Assembly (NCBI GenBank): GCA_030765485.1 | Contig: JAVCCR010000032.1 | Coordinates: forward strand, 1-53,480 | Reading direction: 5' to 3' | From: Candidatus Gygaella obscura | GTDB lineage: Bacteria > Omnitrophota > Gorgyraeia > Gygaellales > Gygaellaceae | Length of the DNA stretch: 53,480 nucleotides | Shown here: in pieces, positions 36,176 through 46,518 of the stretch | Numbering within the stretch: position 1 is the stretch's first letter | Layout of the letters: every line of letters starts with the position of its first letter | Program-made: the position numbers and the translations under genes | Notes under the pieces: model-generated | What the model was told of the DNA's origin: nothing | Databases searched by the model: none | Seen by the model: only the letters and a program-made list of their open reading frames with translations

Positions 36176-36970
36176 ATGCTGATTAAAAGAATATTTAGTT
36201 CCATTGTAATTATTGGATTTGTAGTATTTTCTTTATTCCATAATTTTTTGTTTAATATGCTGACTATATCCTTGATTGGTTTAGGTTTGTATGAATTTTT
36301 TGTAATGGTAGAGAAAAAAGGTATCAAGATCTATAAATATTTTGGTATATTTATCGGTTTGATGATTCCGGTTTCTATTGCTTTTAAGTTTGAATTGACT
36401 AAAGGGTGGGAATTTTTACTTATTGTGATTACTTTAATTTCTTTGATTATGCTGCAGTTCAAGCGCAAGGATTCAACCGGTGCCCTTGTGGGGATTTCCG
36501 TTACCATGTTCGGCGTATTATATGTAGCTTGGTTTTTTAGTTTTATTATAAAAATTCATTATTTGGATAACGGATTGAATTTTGTGGGCGCACTTATTAT
36601 TATGACTAAAAGTGTCGATATTGGTGCTTATCTTATAGGCATGCGTTGGGGTAAGCATCCTTTAATTGCCAGGATAAGTCCTAAAAAATCTATAGAAGGC
36701 GCTTTTGGTGGTATGGTATTCAGTATATTTGCAAGTATTGCTGTAAGTAATCTTATGGGTATTACTTATTTGCATGCTGTTATATTGGGTTTATCCATTG
36801 GTCTTGTTGGACAGCTTGGCGATCTATCAGAGTCTTTGTTAAAGCGGGATTGTCAAATCAAAGATTCTTCTAAGATCATACCCGGCATCGGCGGAGTTTT
36901 GGATTTAATCGACAGCTTATTATTTTCTACTCCGGTATTTTATTTTTATATTCAACAGTTTCTAAATTAA
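36176..36970 (+). CDS. cdsA: phosphatidate cytidylyltransferase
   Basis: Polytopic membrane protein with SPKKSIEGAFGG and GDLSESLLKR. I start at ATG 36176, after the uppS stop. Confidence 0.9.
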   Translation: MLIKRIFSSIVIIGFVVFSLFHNFLFNMLTISLIGLGLYEFFVMVEKKGIKIYKYFGIFIGLMIPVSIAFKFELTKGWEFLLIVITLISLIMLQFKRKDSTGALVGISVTMFGVLYVAWFFSFIIKIHYLDNGLNFVGALIIMTKSVDIGAYLIGMRWGKHPLIARISPKKSIEGAFGGMVFSIFASIAVSNLMGITYLHAVILGLSIGLVGQLGDLSESLLKRDCQIKDSSKIIPGIGGVLDLIDSLLFSTPVFYFYIQQFLN

Positions 36971-36983
36971 CAGCAATAGTTAT

Positions 36984-38126
36984 ATGGGCGTGAAAAAAAT
37001 AGCGGTTTTAGGTTCGACGGGTTCTATCGGTCAGAAGACATTAGAGATTATTAATCAGTTTCCCGATAGGTTTCAGTTGCAGGCTATTGCTTGTTGGTCG
37101 AATACAAAAGAGTTAGAAAAACAGGTTAAAAAATACAAACCTAAAATTGTTGCTGTTGGTGATAGCGTTGCAGCCAAGAAGTTAAAAATAAAAAGAAAAA
37201 TCTTAATAGGCCAAAGAGGGATTGATAGTATTTGCGCTCAAAACGGGATTGATATAGTAGTTGTTGCCATTAACGCTACAAGCGCTTTATCCAGTATATT
37301 AATTGCTTTAAAATCAGGCAAGGATGTTGCCTTGGCAAATAAAGAGGCTTTGGTAATGGCAGGTTCAGTGATTATGAAGACTGCCAAAAGGTATAAAGCC
37401 AAGGTTTTACCTATCGACAGCGAACAGTCTGCAATATGGCAGTGTTTGGAAGGAAATGACAAAGATTTATTGCAGCGGGTTTATCTTACTGCCTCTGGTG
37501 GTTCTCTTTATAAGGTTTCTGCCAGTCGTTTTAGCCGTCTTACAAAAAAAGAGATTCTTACTCATCCACGCTGGAAGATGGGGGCAAAGATTACGGTTGA
37601 TTCGGCAACGTTGATGAATAAGGCCCTGGAGATTATTGAGGCAATGTGGCTTTTTGATCTTGATTTTAAACAAATAAGCGTATTGATTCATCCAGAGGCA
37701 ATAATACATTCTATGGTAGAATTTATAGATGGTTCTGTTATTGCCCAGTTAGGTATTACTGATATGCGGCTTCCTATTCAGTATGCGCTCAGTTACCCCC
37801 AGCGGTTAAATAGTTTAAAAAGAATTGATTTTCCTAAGTTGGGGGTTTTGCATTTTGATAAACCGGATTTAGGTAAATTCAGGTGTTTAAGATTAGGTAT
37901 AAAGGCAGCCAAAACAGGAGGTAGTCTTCCTTGTGTTTTGAATGCAGCAAACGAGGTGGTAGTGAACGCTTTTTTAAAGGATAAGATACCTTTTCTGGCA
38001 ATCCCTGAGATTATAGAGCGAGTTATGATAAAACACAAAGTTATTAATAATCCAGACCTAGACAGTTTGTATGATATAGACAACTGGACAAGGGTAAAGA
38101 CACAGGAGTTGTTATGTCGTTTTTGA
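36984..38126 (+). CDS. dxr: 1-deoxy-D-xylulose-5-phosphate reductoisomerase
   Basis: LGSTGSIG, LANKEALV, PIDSEQSAI, HPRWKMG and NAANE. Confidence 0.95.
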   Translation: MGVKKIAVLGSTGSIGQKTLEIINQFPDRFQLQAIACWSNTKELEKQVKKYKPKIVAVGDSVAAKKLKIKRKILIGQRGIDSICAQNGIDIVVVAINATSALSSILIALKSGKDVALANKEALVMAGSVIMKTAKRYKAKVLPIDSEQSAIWQCLEGNDKDLLQRVYLTASGGSLYKVSASRFSRLTKKEILTHPRWKMGAKITVDSATLMNKALEIIEAMWLFDLDFKQISVLIHPEAIIHSMVEFIDGSVIAQLGITDMRLPIQYALSYPQRLNSLKRIDFPKLGVLHFDKPDLGKFRCLRLGIKAAKTGGSLPCVLNAANEVVVNAFLKDKIPFLAIPEIIERVMIKHKVINNPDLDSLYDIDNWTRVKTQELLCRF

Positions 38127-39202
38127 TTTTTCTTGTTATTTTAAGCGTAATGATATTTATCCATGAAGCTGGACATTTTATTGTTGCCAGGCGTTTGGGG
38201 ATGAAGGTTGAGAATTTTTCCCTTGGTTTTGGCAAGAAGATTTTTTCTTTTAAAAAACACGGTACAGAGTATTCTTTAGGATTGGTTCCTTTCGGAGGCT
38301 ATGTTAAGATTGCTGGTTTTTCCGATGCAGAGAAAACAGGTACTAAAGGGGATTTTCTTGCGCATTCTGTAGGAGCGCGCGCAAAGGTAATTTTTGCCGG
38401 TCCACTTGTTAATTATATATTTGCATTTTTTTGTTTTTGGTTGATTTTTATAATTGGTTTTCCTCGCATTACCTCAAAAGTAGGTTCTTTGGTAGATGGG
38501 TTTCCCGCTCAAACTGCAGGTGTAGAATCGGGTGATAGGATAGTTGATATTGATGGGGTGGAAGTAGGTTACTGGGATGAGTTGCAGGAAATTATTTATA
38601 ATACGAATAAGGATATATTGCCTGTTGAGCTTAAAAGAAATGATGAAATTATCAATTTAGATATCCCCGTAAGAAGCGAAGAAGTAAAAGATATTTTTGG
38701 TAATAGCGTGAAACTTAATGTAATCGGTATAAAAGCAAGTAATGATTTTATTATTGCAAAATACAATGTATTCCAGGCATTTCTAAACGGGTTTACGCAT
38801 TTAATAGATTTGACTAGGCTTACATATTCAAGTCTTTGGTGGATGATTACGGGAAAAATATCTTTTAGGGAGTCAGTAACAGGACCAGTGGGTATTTATG
38901 ACATGACCAGGCAAGTTGTTCAAATAGGTTTTACAGCTGTTTTAAATTTAGTAGGTGTTTTAAGCATGAGTTTGGCTATTTTTAATCTTTTGCCCTTTCC
39001 GATTTTAGACGGGGGGCATATATTCTTTTTATTAATCGAGAAAATACGTAAAAAAAGATTGAGTCAGAAAGTAGAAGAGTTTATCAGTAATTTAGGTTTA
39101 AGTTTTATTATATTGATGGCTGTTTATGTAGTTTACAATGATTTGGTGCGCTTTGGCTATATTGATAAGATAGTACAATTTTTTAGAGGTTTGTTTAAAT
39201 GA
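38114..39202 (+). CDS. rseP: RIP site-2 metalloprotease RseP (M50)
   Basis: HEAGHF, a central PDZ domain and NLLPFPILDGGH. Confidence 0.92.
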   Translation: MSFLIFLVILSVMIFIHEAGHFIVARRLGMKVENFSLGFGKKIFSFKKHGTEYSLGLVPFGGYVKIAGFSDAEKTGTKGDFLAHSVGARAKVIFAGPLVNYIFAFFCFWLIFIIGFPRITSKVGSLVDGFPAQTAGVESGDRIVDIDGVEVGYWDELQEIIYNTNKDILPVELKRNDEIINLDIPVRSEEVKDIFGNSVKLNVIGIKASNDFIIAKYNVFQAFLNGFTHLIDLTRLTYSSLWWMITGKISFRESVTGPVGIYDMTRQVVQIGFTAVLNLVGVLSMSLAIFNLLPFPILDGGHIFFLLIEKIRKKRLSQKVEEFISNLGLSFIILMAVYVVYNDLVRFGYIDKIVQFFRGLFK

Positions 39203-40260
39203 GAAGAAAAACATGCGTTATAAAGGTTGGTAACATAAATATAGGTGGAAAAAATCCTATTGCAATTCAGGGCATGATAAAAACGCCTACTAAGAAGAAA
39301 GCCGCAGCATTAAAAGAAATTAAGTCTTTGTTTAGTTTGGGTGCAGATATTGTAAGGCTTGCAGTAAAAGATGCGGAAGACGCCCAGGCAATAAAGTTTA
39401 TTAAAAAGAGTATTAAATCTGCCTTGGTTGCGGATATTCATTTTGATTATAGATTAGCTTTAGCTTGTATTAAAAACGGAATAGATAAAATTAGGCTTAA
39501 TCCAGGCAATATCTTTCAAGAGGCTCAGGTTAGACAAATAGTTGAGCTTGCAAAAAAAACAAAAGTGCCTATACGAATAGGTGTTAATTCTGGTTCCTTA
39601 AGAGAAAGTAAAACTATTAAGGAAAAGGCAGCTTTTATGGTTAAAAGCGCAGCACAATACATAAAGCTTCTAGAGAAAAATAATTTTAAAGATATAGTTG
39701 TTTCTTTAAAGGCAGAAGATGTCAATACAACAATAGAAGCTTATAGAAAATTATCCGATTTATGCGATTATCCAATGCATTTGGGGGTAACAGCTACGGG
39801 TAGTATGGTTTCTGCAGTTGTCAAATCCAGTATAGGTATTGGTGTATTGTTAAAACAAGGGATTGGCGATACGATAAGGGTTTCGCTAACTAGTTCTTCT
39901 TGTGATGAGATTGATGTAGCAAAAAAGATTCTTAGCAGTTTAGATATTCGGCATTTCGGGCCCGAGGTTATCAGTTGCCCTACCTGTGGTCGATGCAGTG
40001 TTAATCTTAAAAGCATTGTAGAAGATTTAGAGGCCAGTTTAGCTAGAAAAAAAGGTCGATTTTTAAAACCAGGCATGAAGATTGCGGTTATGGGCTGTGA
40101 GGTTAATGGTCCGGGAGAGGCGCGTTCTGCCGATTTGGGGGTTGCTTTTGGCAATAATAATGCTATATTATTTAAAGAGAGTAAACTTATTAAAAGGGTA
40201 AAAAAAGATAATGTTTTACGAATATTAACCAAGGAATTGGAGAAATATTATGAAACTTGA
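39199..40260 (+). CDS. ispG: 4-hydroxy-3-methylbut-2-enyl diphosphate synthase
   Basis: RLAV...ADIHFDYRLA, RLNPGN, CPTCGRC and GCEVNGPGE. Confidence 0.95.
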   Translation: MRRKTCVIKVGNINIGGKNPIAIQGMIKTPTKKKAAALKEIKSLFSLGADIVRLAVKDAEDAQAIKFIKKSIKSALVADIHFDYRLALACIKNGIDKIRLNPGNIFQEAQVRQIVELAKKTKVPIRIGVNSGSLRESKTIKEKAAFMVKSAAQYIKLLEKNNFKDIVVSLKAEDVNTTIEAYRKLSDLCDYPMHLGVTATGSMVSAVVKSSIGIGVLLKQGIGDTIRVSLTSSSCDEIDVAKKILSSLDIRHFGPEVISCPTCGRCSVNLKSIVEDLEASLARKKGRFLKPGMKIAVMGCEVNGPGEARSADLGVAFGNNNAILFKESKLIKRVKKDNVLRILTKELEKYYET

Positions 40261-41524
40261 CTTGGATAGTTTGAGTAATTTAGTGAAGCATCAGTTTATT
40301 TCTGAATACAGCAGTATGTTTAAACAGGGTTCGGATAGAACCAGGGTAAGAATAAAATCATGTATTAAGGAGATTATTAATAAGATCTGTGCAAATAATG
40401 AAATGGATTTTTCTAAAGAGGAAAAGGATAAGCTGATAGAAGAACTTACAGTGGATTTTCTTGCTTTTGGCCGTTTGACCCCGCTTATAGAAGATGATTC
40501 CGTAAGTGAAATTATGGTTAATGGTCCTAGTAAGATTTTTGTTGAAAGAAACGGAAAAACAGAATTGACGGATATAAAGTTTGATACAGAAGCTCAGCTT
40601 ATGCACTTGGTACAGAATATGCTTGCGCCTACTCGCAGAAGAGTAGATGAGTCCAGTCCTTATACAGATTTGATGCTTTCGGATAATTCCCGGGTGAATA
40701 TTGTGCTTGAACCGGTGTCCTTGCAGGGTCCGTTAATTACAATCAGAAAATTTATGAAAGGGATTCAAAAAGTAGAAGACCTTATTGGTTTTGGTTCTTT
40801 GGATGAGCATATGGGAAAGTTTTTGATTGCTGCAATTAAGGCTAAGTTGAATATGGTTTTTTCCGGTGCGACCGGAGCAGGAAAGACAACTACTTTAAAC
40901 GTATTGTCTCATTATATATCATCAAGTGAAAGAATAATTACTATCGAAGATGCTGCAGAGCTTAATCTTTCGCAGGATCATGTAGTTAGGCTTGAAGCAA
41001 AACTGCCTAATATTGAAGGTAAGGGTGAGATTACTATAAGAGATTTATTTAGAAATTCTCTGCGTATGCGTCCCAATAGAATTATCTTAGGTGAGGTAAG
41101 AGGTGTAGAGGCATTGGATTTATTGCAGGCGATTTCCTCCGGCCATAGCGGATCGCTTACGGTTATTCATGCCAGCAGTCCTTTTGATGTATTGGCCCGG
41201 CTTGAAACAATGATACTTATGGCTGGGGTAGGGATAAGTCCTGCTGTAGTAAGGCGCCAGCTTGCAAATTGTATTGATGTGGTTATTCAGCATGAACAGC
41301 TTTCTGATGGTTCTAGAAAACTGACACATATATCTTGTGTTAAAGGCATGAATGACGGTGAGATTGATTTAGTAGATTTATTTAAGTTTGAACAATCTGA
41401 AATATCGCAAGACGGTCAGGTGGCAGGCAGTTTCCATTGTTCCGGAGAAAGGCCGGTTAGACTTCAGGAGAAGTTTAAAAAGTATAATCTTGATATTAAA
41501 AATTGTATTCCTGAAAAATATTAA
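40250..41524 (+). CDS. CpaF/TadA-type (T2SS/T4P/T4SS 'E' family) secretion ATPase, orphan
   Basis: VSEIMVNGPSKIFVERNGK, Walker A GATGAGKTT, Asp box IITIEDAAEL, Walker B/His box RIILGEVRG...GHSGSLTVIHA. 11-nt overlap with ispG. Confidence 0.85.
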   Translation: MKLDLDSLSNLVKHQFISEYSSMFKQGSDRTRVRIKSCIKEIINKICANNEMDFSKEEKDKLIEELTVDFLAFGRLTPLIEDDSVSEIMVNGPSKIFVERNGKTELTDIKFDTEAQLMHLVQNMLAPTRRRVDESSPYTDLMLSDNSRVNIVLEPVSLQGPLITIRKFMKGIQKVEDLIGFGSLDEHMGKFLIAAIKAKLNMVFSGATGAGKTTTLNVLSHYISSSERIITIEDAAELNLSQDHVVRLEAKLPNIEGKGEITIRDLFRNSLRMRPNRIILGEVRGVEALDLLQAISSGHSGSLTVIHASSPFDVLARLETMILMAGVGISPAVVRRQLANCIDVVIQHEQLSDGSRKLTHISCVKGMNDGEIDLVDLFKFEQSEISQDGQVAGSFHCSGERPVRLQEKFKKYNLDIKNCIPEKY

Positions 41525-41535
41525 ACTACAGAATT

Positions 41536-42780
41536 ATGTATTATTCTAAAAGCTTTATAAATACACTAAGGGATTCGCCACAGGAAGCGGATATTCCTAG
41601 CCATAGACTGATGATCCGCGCAAACATTGTTAGTATGCTTATGGCTGGAGTTTATAGTTATTTACCATTAGGGGTAAGAATTCTTGAAAATATTAAAAAG
41701 ATCATCAGGGAGGAAATGAATCTTATTGGCGCAGAAGAGGTTCTTTTGCCAGCTTTACAGCCAATGGATCTGTGGAATAAAACTGAGCGTTATAAGTTGA
41801 TGAAGGAGATTATGATTACTTTTAAGGACAGGCGGTCGAAGGATATTTGTCTTGGGCCGACGCACGAAGAGGTTGTCACTAATTTGGTAGGTAAGTTTGT
41901 CCAGTCATATAAACAGCTTCCTTTTTGTCTTTATCAGATTCAGACTAAGTTCCGCGATGAATTGCGTCCCAGATTTGGCCTGGTAAGATCATGTGAATTT
42001 ATTATGAAAGATGCTTATAGTTTTGATAAAGACGAACAGTCTTTGGATAAAAGTTACCAGCTTCAGTATGAGGCGTATTGTAAGATATTTAAGCGCTGTG
42101 GTCTTGATTTTGCAGCTGTTACTGCAGATTCCGGAGTAATGGGCGGAAGCGTTTCTCATGAATTTTTGGCTATAACTTCATCAGGAGAAGATAAATTATT
42201 GATTTGTCCTAAATGTAGTTATAAGAAAAACTTTTCTCTAGAGAACCAAAAGTGTCCGGAGTGTAAGGCATTGATGGAAACAAGATCTGCTTTAGAGATT
42301 GGTCATATCTTTAAGCTGGGGACTAAATATTCCGATGTTTTTTCAGTTAAGTTTTTAGATAAAGATGGAGTGCAGAAACCGGTTGTTATGGGTTGTTATG
42401 GTATAGGTGTTAGTAGGATAATTGCAGCTGTCATAGAACAGAATCATGACGATAAAGGTATCATTTGGCCGAAAGAGATTAGTCCTTTTTGTGTAGCTAT
42501 ATTGGCATTGATGCCGGAAGATAAAAATGTCATGAGCGTTGCACAAGAGCTGCATTCTGTTTTTGAAAAAGAAAACATCAGTTGTTTGTTGGATGACAGA
42601 AATGAGAAAGCGGGAATAAAATTTAACGATGCTGATCTTTTAGGGTTTCCTTTAAGGGTAACTCTAGGAAAACAATTCCTAGAAAATTCTTTGATTGAAA
42701 TCAAAAAGCGTAATTCTCAAGAGGTGATAAAGGTGAAAAAAAGTGAGTTAGTAAAAAAAATAAAGGAATTGTTAAAATGA
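41536..42780 (+). CDS. proS: proline-tRNA ligase, bacterial-type core lacking the INS editing domain
   Basis: GPTHEEV, FRDELRPRFGLVRSCEFIMKDAYSF (motif 2), GHIFKLGTKYS and CYGIGVSR (motif 3). Only 414 aa. Confidence 0.9.
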   Translation: MYYSKSFINTLRDSPQEADIPSHRLMIRANIVSMLMAGVYSYLPLGVRILENIKKIIREEMNLIGAEEVLLPALQPMDLWNKTERYKLMKEIMITFKDRRSKDICLGPTHEEVVTNLVGKFVQSYKQLPFCLYQIQTKFRDELRPRFGLVRSCEFIMKDAYSFDKDEQSLDKSYQLQYEAYCKIFKRCGLDFAAVTADSGVMGGSVSHEFLAITSSGEDKLLICPKCSYKKNFSLENQKCPECKALMETRSALEIGHIFKLGTKYSDVFSVKFLDKDGVQKPVVMGCYGIGVSRIIAAVIEQNHDDKGIIWPKEISPFCVAILALMPEDKNVMSVAQELHSVFEKENISCLLDDRNEKAGIKFNDADLLGFPLRVTLGKQFLENSLIEIKKRNSQEVIKVKKSELVKKIKELLK

Positions 42781-43235
42781 GGAGCGATTTAGAATCTGTT
42801 TTTGAATCAGTTTTAACCGAATATTTAAATCAGAGCGGTTTGGTTTTGGTAGATACCCATATTAATAAAACTAGGCAGTCTTTTAATATAAGAGTGTTGC
42901 TGGATAAACCTGATGGTGGCATTACTCTAGGAGAGTGTAGCCAGGCAAATAAGGAGATTAGAAAAAGCTTAGAGGAAAAAGATTTTTTAGCTAGCAATTT
43001 TCTATTGGAGGTTTGTTCTCCGGGGATTGGTAGGCTGCTTTTAAAGGAATCTGATTTTAGAAGGGTAAAAGGAAAAAACTTAAAGGTAATATTAAAAGAT
43101 GAATTTGACAAAGTAAAAGAATTAGAAGCGAATCTATTGGACGTTTTTGATGGTTCGCTTATTTTAAAACAGGATAACGGTGAAATTAATATTAAATTGG
43201 AAAGCATAATTAAAGCAAAGCAGGTAATAAAATGA
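42777..43235 (+). CDS. rimP: ribosome maturation factor RimP
   Basis: LEVCSPGIGRLL motif and its position upstream of nusA. ATGA overlaps on both sides. Confidence 0.85.
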   Translation: MRSDLESVFESVLTEYLNQSGLVLVDTHINKTRQSFNIRVLLDKPDGGITLGECSQANKEIRKSLEEKDFLASNFLLEVCSPGIGRLLLKESDFRRVKGKNLKVILKDEFDKVKELEANLLDVFDGSLILKQDNGEINIKLESIIKAKQVIK

Positions 43236-44392
43236 GCACAGAACTATTGTCAGTATTAGAACATATTGAAAGAGAAAAAGGTATCAGTAAGGAAAAACTT
43301 ATCGAAGCTGTAGAGCAGGCATTGGTAAGTGCGGTTAAGAAAATGGTTGATGTAGATCTAGGAGTTGAGGTAAAAGTTACGTTAGATAAAGAAACCGGTA
43401 AAATTAAAGCTTATGTTGGTAAAAAAGAGTTTAAGTCAATTGAACTTGGCAGGATTGCAGCTCAAACCGCAAAGCAAGTTATAATTCAGCGTATAAGAGA
43501 AGCTGAAAAAGAACTTATATTTAGTGAATTTCAGGGTAAAGTCGGACAGATTGCGAGCGGTACTGTATATCGGTTTGAAAGAGATAATATTATTGTTGAT
43601 CTTTTAGGTAAGACGGAGGCGTTTTTGCCTAAGAGAGAACAGTGTTTCAACGAAAGCTTCAAGCAAGGAGAGCGCATTAGCGGATATATACTGGATGTAA
43701 AACAACAGACAAGGGGACCATTGATAATTCTTTCCCGTTCACATCCAAATTTTATAAGGAAACTTTTTGAATTGGAGGTTCCTGAGATCTATGAAGGCAT
43801 TGTTGAGATAAAAGCAATTTCGCGTCAGGCTGGTGAAAGAACGAAGATTGCCGTTTGGTCTAAGGATGAAAAGATTGATTCTTTAGGTTCATGTGTAGGA
43901 ATGCGCGGGACAAGGGTAAAGAATATTGTTAATGAATTGCATGGAGAGAAAATCGACATAGTTCGTTATAAAGACGATATTAAAGAATACATTATTGAGT
44001 CTTTGTCTCCTGCTAAGATTTCAGAAATCAAGCTGGATAAGGAAAATAAAAAAGCAGAGATTATAGTTGCTGATGATCAGCTTTCTTTGGCAATAGGAAA
44101 ACATGGACAGAATGTAAGACTTGCTTCCAAACTTGTTAGTTGGGAACTTGATATTAGAACCAGAGAAACTGCTGGAATGGATAAAAAGGAGATTACTCGT
44201 TCTAAAGAAAAGGATTTAGGTAAACTTGAGGGAATTGGTGAGAAATTACAGAATGTTCTTACGGAAGGCGGATTTGATTCAGTAGAAAAGATTGCAAATT
44301 CTGATTTAAAAGATATTATTTCTTTAAAAGGTATCGGTAAAGCAAAAGGTGAAAAGATAATAAAGAGTGCGAAGAAGTTAATGAAAGGTTAG
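43232..44392 (+). CDS. nusA: transcription termination/antitermination factor NusA
   Basis: LEHIEREKGISKE, S1 and KH domains (GMRGTRVKNI, AIGKHGQNVRLAS) and a C-terminal HhH. Confidence 0.95.
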   Translation: MSTELLSVLEHIEREKGISKEKLIEAVEQALVSAVKKMVDVDLGVEVKVTLDKETGKIKAYVGKKEFKSIELGRIAAQTAKQVIIQRIREAEKELIFSEFQGKVGQIASGTVYRFERDNIIVDLLGKTEAFLPKREQCFNESFKQGERISGYILDVKQQTRGPLIILSRSHPNFIRKLFELEVPEIYEGIVEIKAISRQAGERTKIAVWSKDEKIDSLGSCVGMRGTRVKNIVNELHGEKIDIVRYKDDIKEYIIESLSPAKISEIKLDKENKKAEIIVADDQLSLAIGKHGQNVRLASKLVSWELDIRTRETAGMDKKEITRSKEKDLGKLEGIGEKLQNVLTEGGFDSVEKIANSDLKDIISLKGIGKAKGEKIIKSAKKLMKG

Positions 44393-44396
44393 TGTA

Positions 44397-46514
44397 TTGA
44401 AAAAACCAACAAAAAAGGTAATTAAGAAGAAAGAGACTAAGACTTCTAAGGTTGCTAAAAAAACTACAGTTAAAAAACCTGTTAAAAAAAGCTCTGCCGT
44501 AAAGAAAAAGCTAACCAAGGCTATAAAAGTAAAGCCGAAGATTAAGCATAAAGTTTCTATTCATAAAGAAAAAAAATCAGCAGTAAAAGCTTCTTTAGTT
44601 AAAAAAGAAGAGCATAAAGTTATTGCTGATAAACAAATTGAGACTATACATGTAAAGAAAAAACATATCAAAAAGTTAGAATCTGTACAATCAGAAGTTG
44701 CTGGTGAAAAGACTATTGATAAGATTAGTAAGACTGCTGGGCGTTTATTGGAAATGGATCTTCCTGTTAATATAAAAGATCTTTCTGTAAAGTTGCAGGA
44801 AAAACCCAGCGTGCTTATTAAAAGCCTTTTGAATAAAAGAATATTTATTAATCTCAATCAGTATTTAGGTGATGGAATGCTTGAGGTTTTAAAAGAAGAG
44901 TTTAATTTCGATATAAAACCGACTATTACTCATGAGGATAGGCTTTTAGACGTACATGAAAAATCGGATGAGAAAGAGAATTTAAGTCCGCGGCCTCCGG
45001 TTGTTACTTTTATGGGGCATGTAGATCACGGCAAGACCTCTCTTTTAGATAGGATAAGAGAAAGCAATATTACGGAAAAAGAGCACGGTGGGATAACACA
45101 GCATATCGGAGCTTATGAGGTGAATGTAACCAATAAAAAGAAACATAATTCTATTTCTCAGATAACTTTTTTGGATACTCCAGGCCATGAGGCTTTTACG
45201 GAATTAAGAGCACGGGGAGCAAGGGCAACTGATATAGTAGTTTTAGTTATTGCAGCAGATGATGGAGTGATGCCTCAGACGGTAGAAGCTATTGATCATT
45301 CAAAATTGGCAAATGTTTCTATTATAGTTGCAGTAAATAAAATTGATAAACCGGGCGCTGATGTTGATAAGATAAAAAAACAATTGAATGAGCTTGATCT
45401 TATTCCCGAAGACTGGGGAGGTAAGACTATTTTTGTTAATGTTTCGGCTAAAACAGGAGAAGGCATCAATGATTTGCTGGAAATGATTCTTTTGGAATCG
45501 GAAATGCTAGAGCTTCAGGCAAATTACGATAAGCTTGCTAGTGGCGTGGTATTGGAGGCAAAGGTAACTAAAGACAGAGGTAATGCTGTGACTGTTTTAG
45601 TGCAAAATGGCACCGTACATCTTAATGATTTTATTTTGGCAGAAAGTCATTATGGCAAAATTCGCGCTATGTTTGATGAATTTAGGTGTTCAAAAGAAGA
45701 AGCAGGACCATCTGTTCCTATTGAAATTTTAGGTTTTACCAGTTTACCTCATGCAGGGGAGAAATTTTTCTGTAGTTTAGAGGAGAAATTGATTAAAGAG
45801 TTAAGTGGCAAGCGTAAATTAGAAAATAAAGCAAAAAAGTTAGTGGCGCAGAAAAGGATTAGTCTGGAGGAACTTTCTGAGCAGATCAAATCAGGTAAAA
45901 AGGTAAAGGAACTGAGAATTATTATAAAAGCAGATGTACAGGGCTCTCTGGATGCGATCGCTAAAACATTATCTGGTCTTACTCACGAAGAGATAAGAAT
46001 TGATGTTTTGCACAAGGGTGTTGGTGCAGTCAATACATCTGATGTGTTAATGGCTACAGTTTCCGGTGCCTTGATTGTTAGTTTTAACATAGGTATAGAT
46101 GAATTAGCTAAAGAAAAAGCAGTTAAAGAAAATATTGAAGTACGCAGTTACAATATTATTTATGAGCTATCCAATGAACTCAAGCAGGCGTTAGAAGGAA
46201 TGCTTGAGCCGAAATATAAAAAGATCTTTGTCGGCAGGGCATTAGTTAAACAGGTTTTTATTACGTCTAAGTCTGGGGCAGTTGCAGGCTGTTTGGTGCA
46301 AAAGGGAAAAATAATGCGTAAGACCAAGGCGAGCATTGTAAGAAACGGCAATATAGTTTATGAGACTGAACTTATATCTCTTAAGCGTTTTAAGGATGAT
46401 GTCAAGGAGGTAACAGAAGGCATTGAATGCGGAATATCTTTAAACGAAAAAGATTTAAAAGCAGGTGATACAATAGAGATTTATCAATCTCAGCAGATAA
46501 AAAGAAAGCTTTGA
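44397..46514 (+). CDS. infB: translation initiation factor IF-2
   Basis: Lys-rich N-terminus, then G domain [14 protein letters not shown] and NKID. Apparent TTG start. Confidence 0.93.
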   Translation: MKKPTKKVIKKKETKTSKVAKKTTVKKPVKKSSAVKKKLTKAIKVKPKIKHKVSIHKEKKSAVKASLVKKEEHKVIADKQIETIHVKKKHIKKLESVQSEVAGEKTIDKISKTAGRLLEMDLPVNIKDLSVKLQEKPSVLIKSLLNKRIFINLNQYLGDGMLEVLKEEFNFDIKPTITHEDRLLDVHEKSDEKENLSPRPPVVTFMGHVDHGKTSLLDRIRESNITEKEHGGITQHIGAYEVNVTNKKKHNSISQITFLDTPGHEAFTELRARGARATDIVVLVIAADDGVMPQTVEAIDHSKLANVSIIVAVNKIDKPGADVDKIKKQLNELDLIPEDWGGKTIFVNVSAKTGEGINDLLEMILLESEMLELQANYDKLASGVVLEAKVTKDRGNAVTVLVQNGTVHLNDFILAESHYGKIRAMFDEFRCSKEEAGPSVPIEILGFTSLPHAGEKFFCSLEEKLIKELSGKRKLENKAKKLVAQKRISLEELSEQIKSGKKVKELRIIIKADVQGSLDAIAKTLSGLTHEEIRIDVLHKGVGAVNTSDVLMATVSGALIVSFNIGIDELAKEKAVKENIEVRSYNIIYELSNELKQALEGMLEPKYKKIFVGRALVKQVFITSKSGAVAGCLVQKGKIMRKTKASIVRNGNIVYETELISLKRFKDDVKEVTEGIECGISLNEKDLKAGDTIEIYQSQQIKRKL

Positions 46515-46518
46515 TGAA

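Noticed and set aside
44397-44720. Lys-rich low-complexity stretch at the start of infB as a repeat element (the DUF4912 N-terminus at 33056..33250 is similar)
   Set aside because: Basic low-complexity N-terminal regions are typical of IF-2. There is no exact nucleotide periodicity, unlike the 78-nt repeats at 21433..21744.
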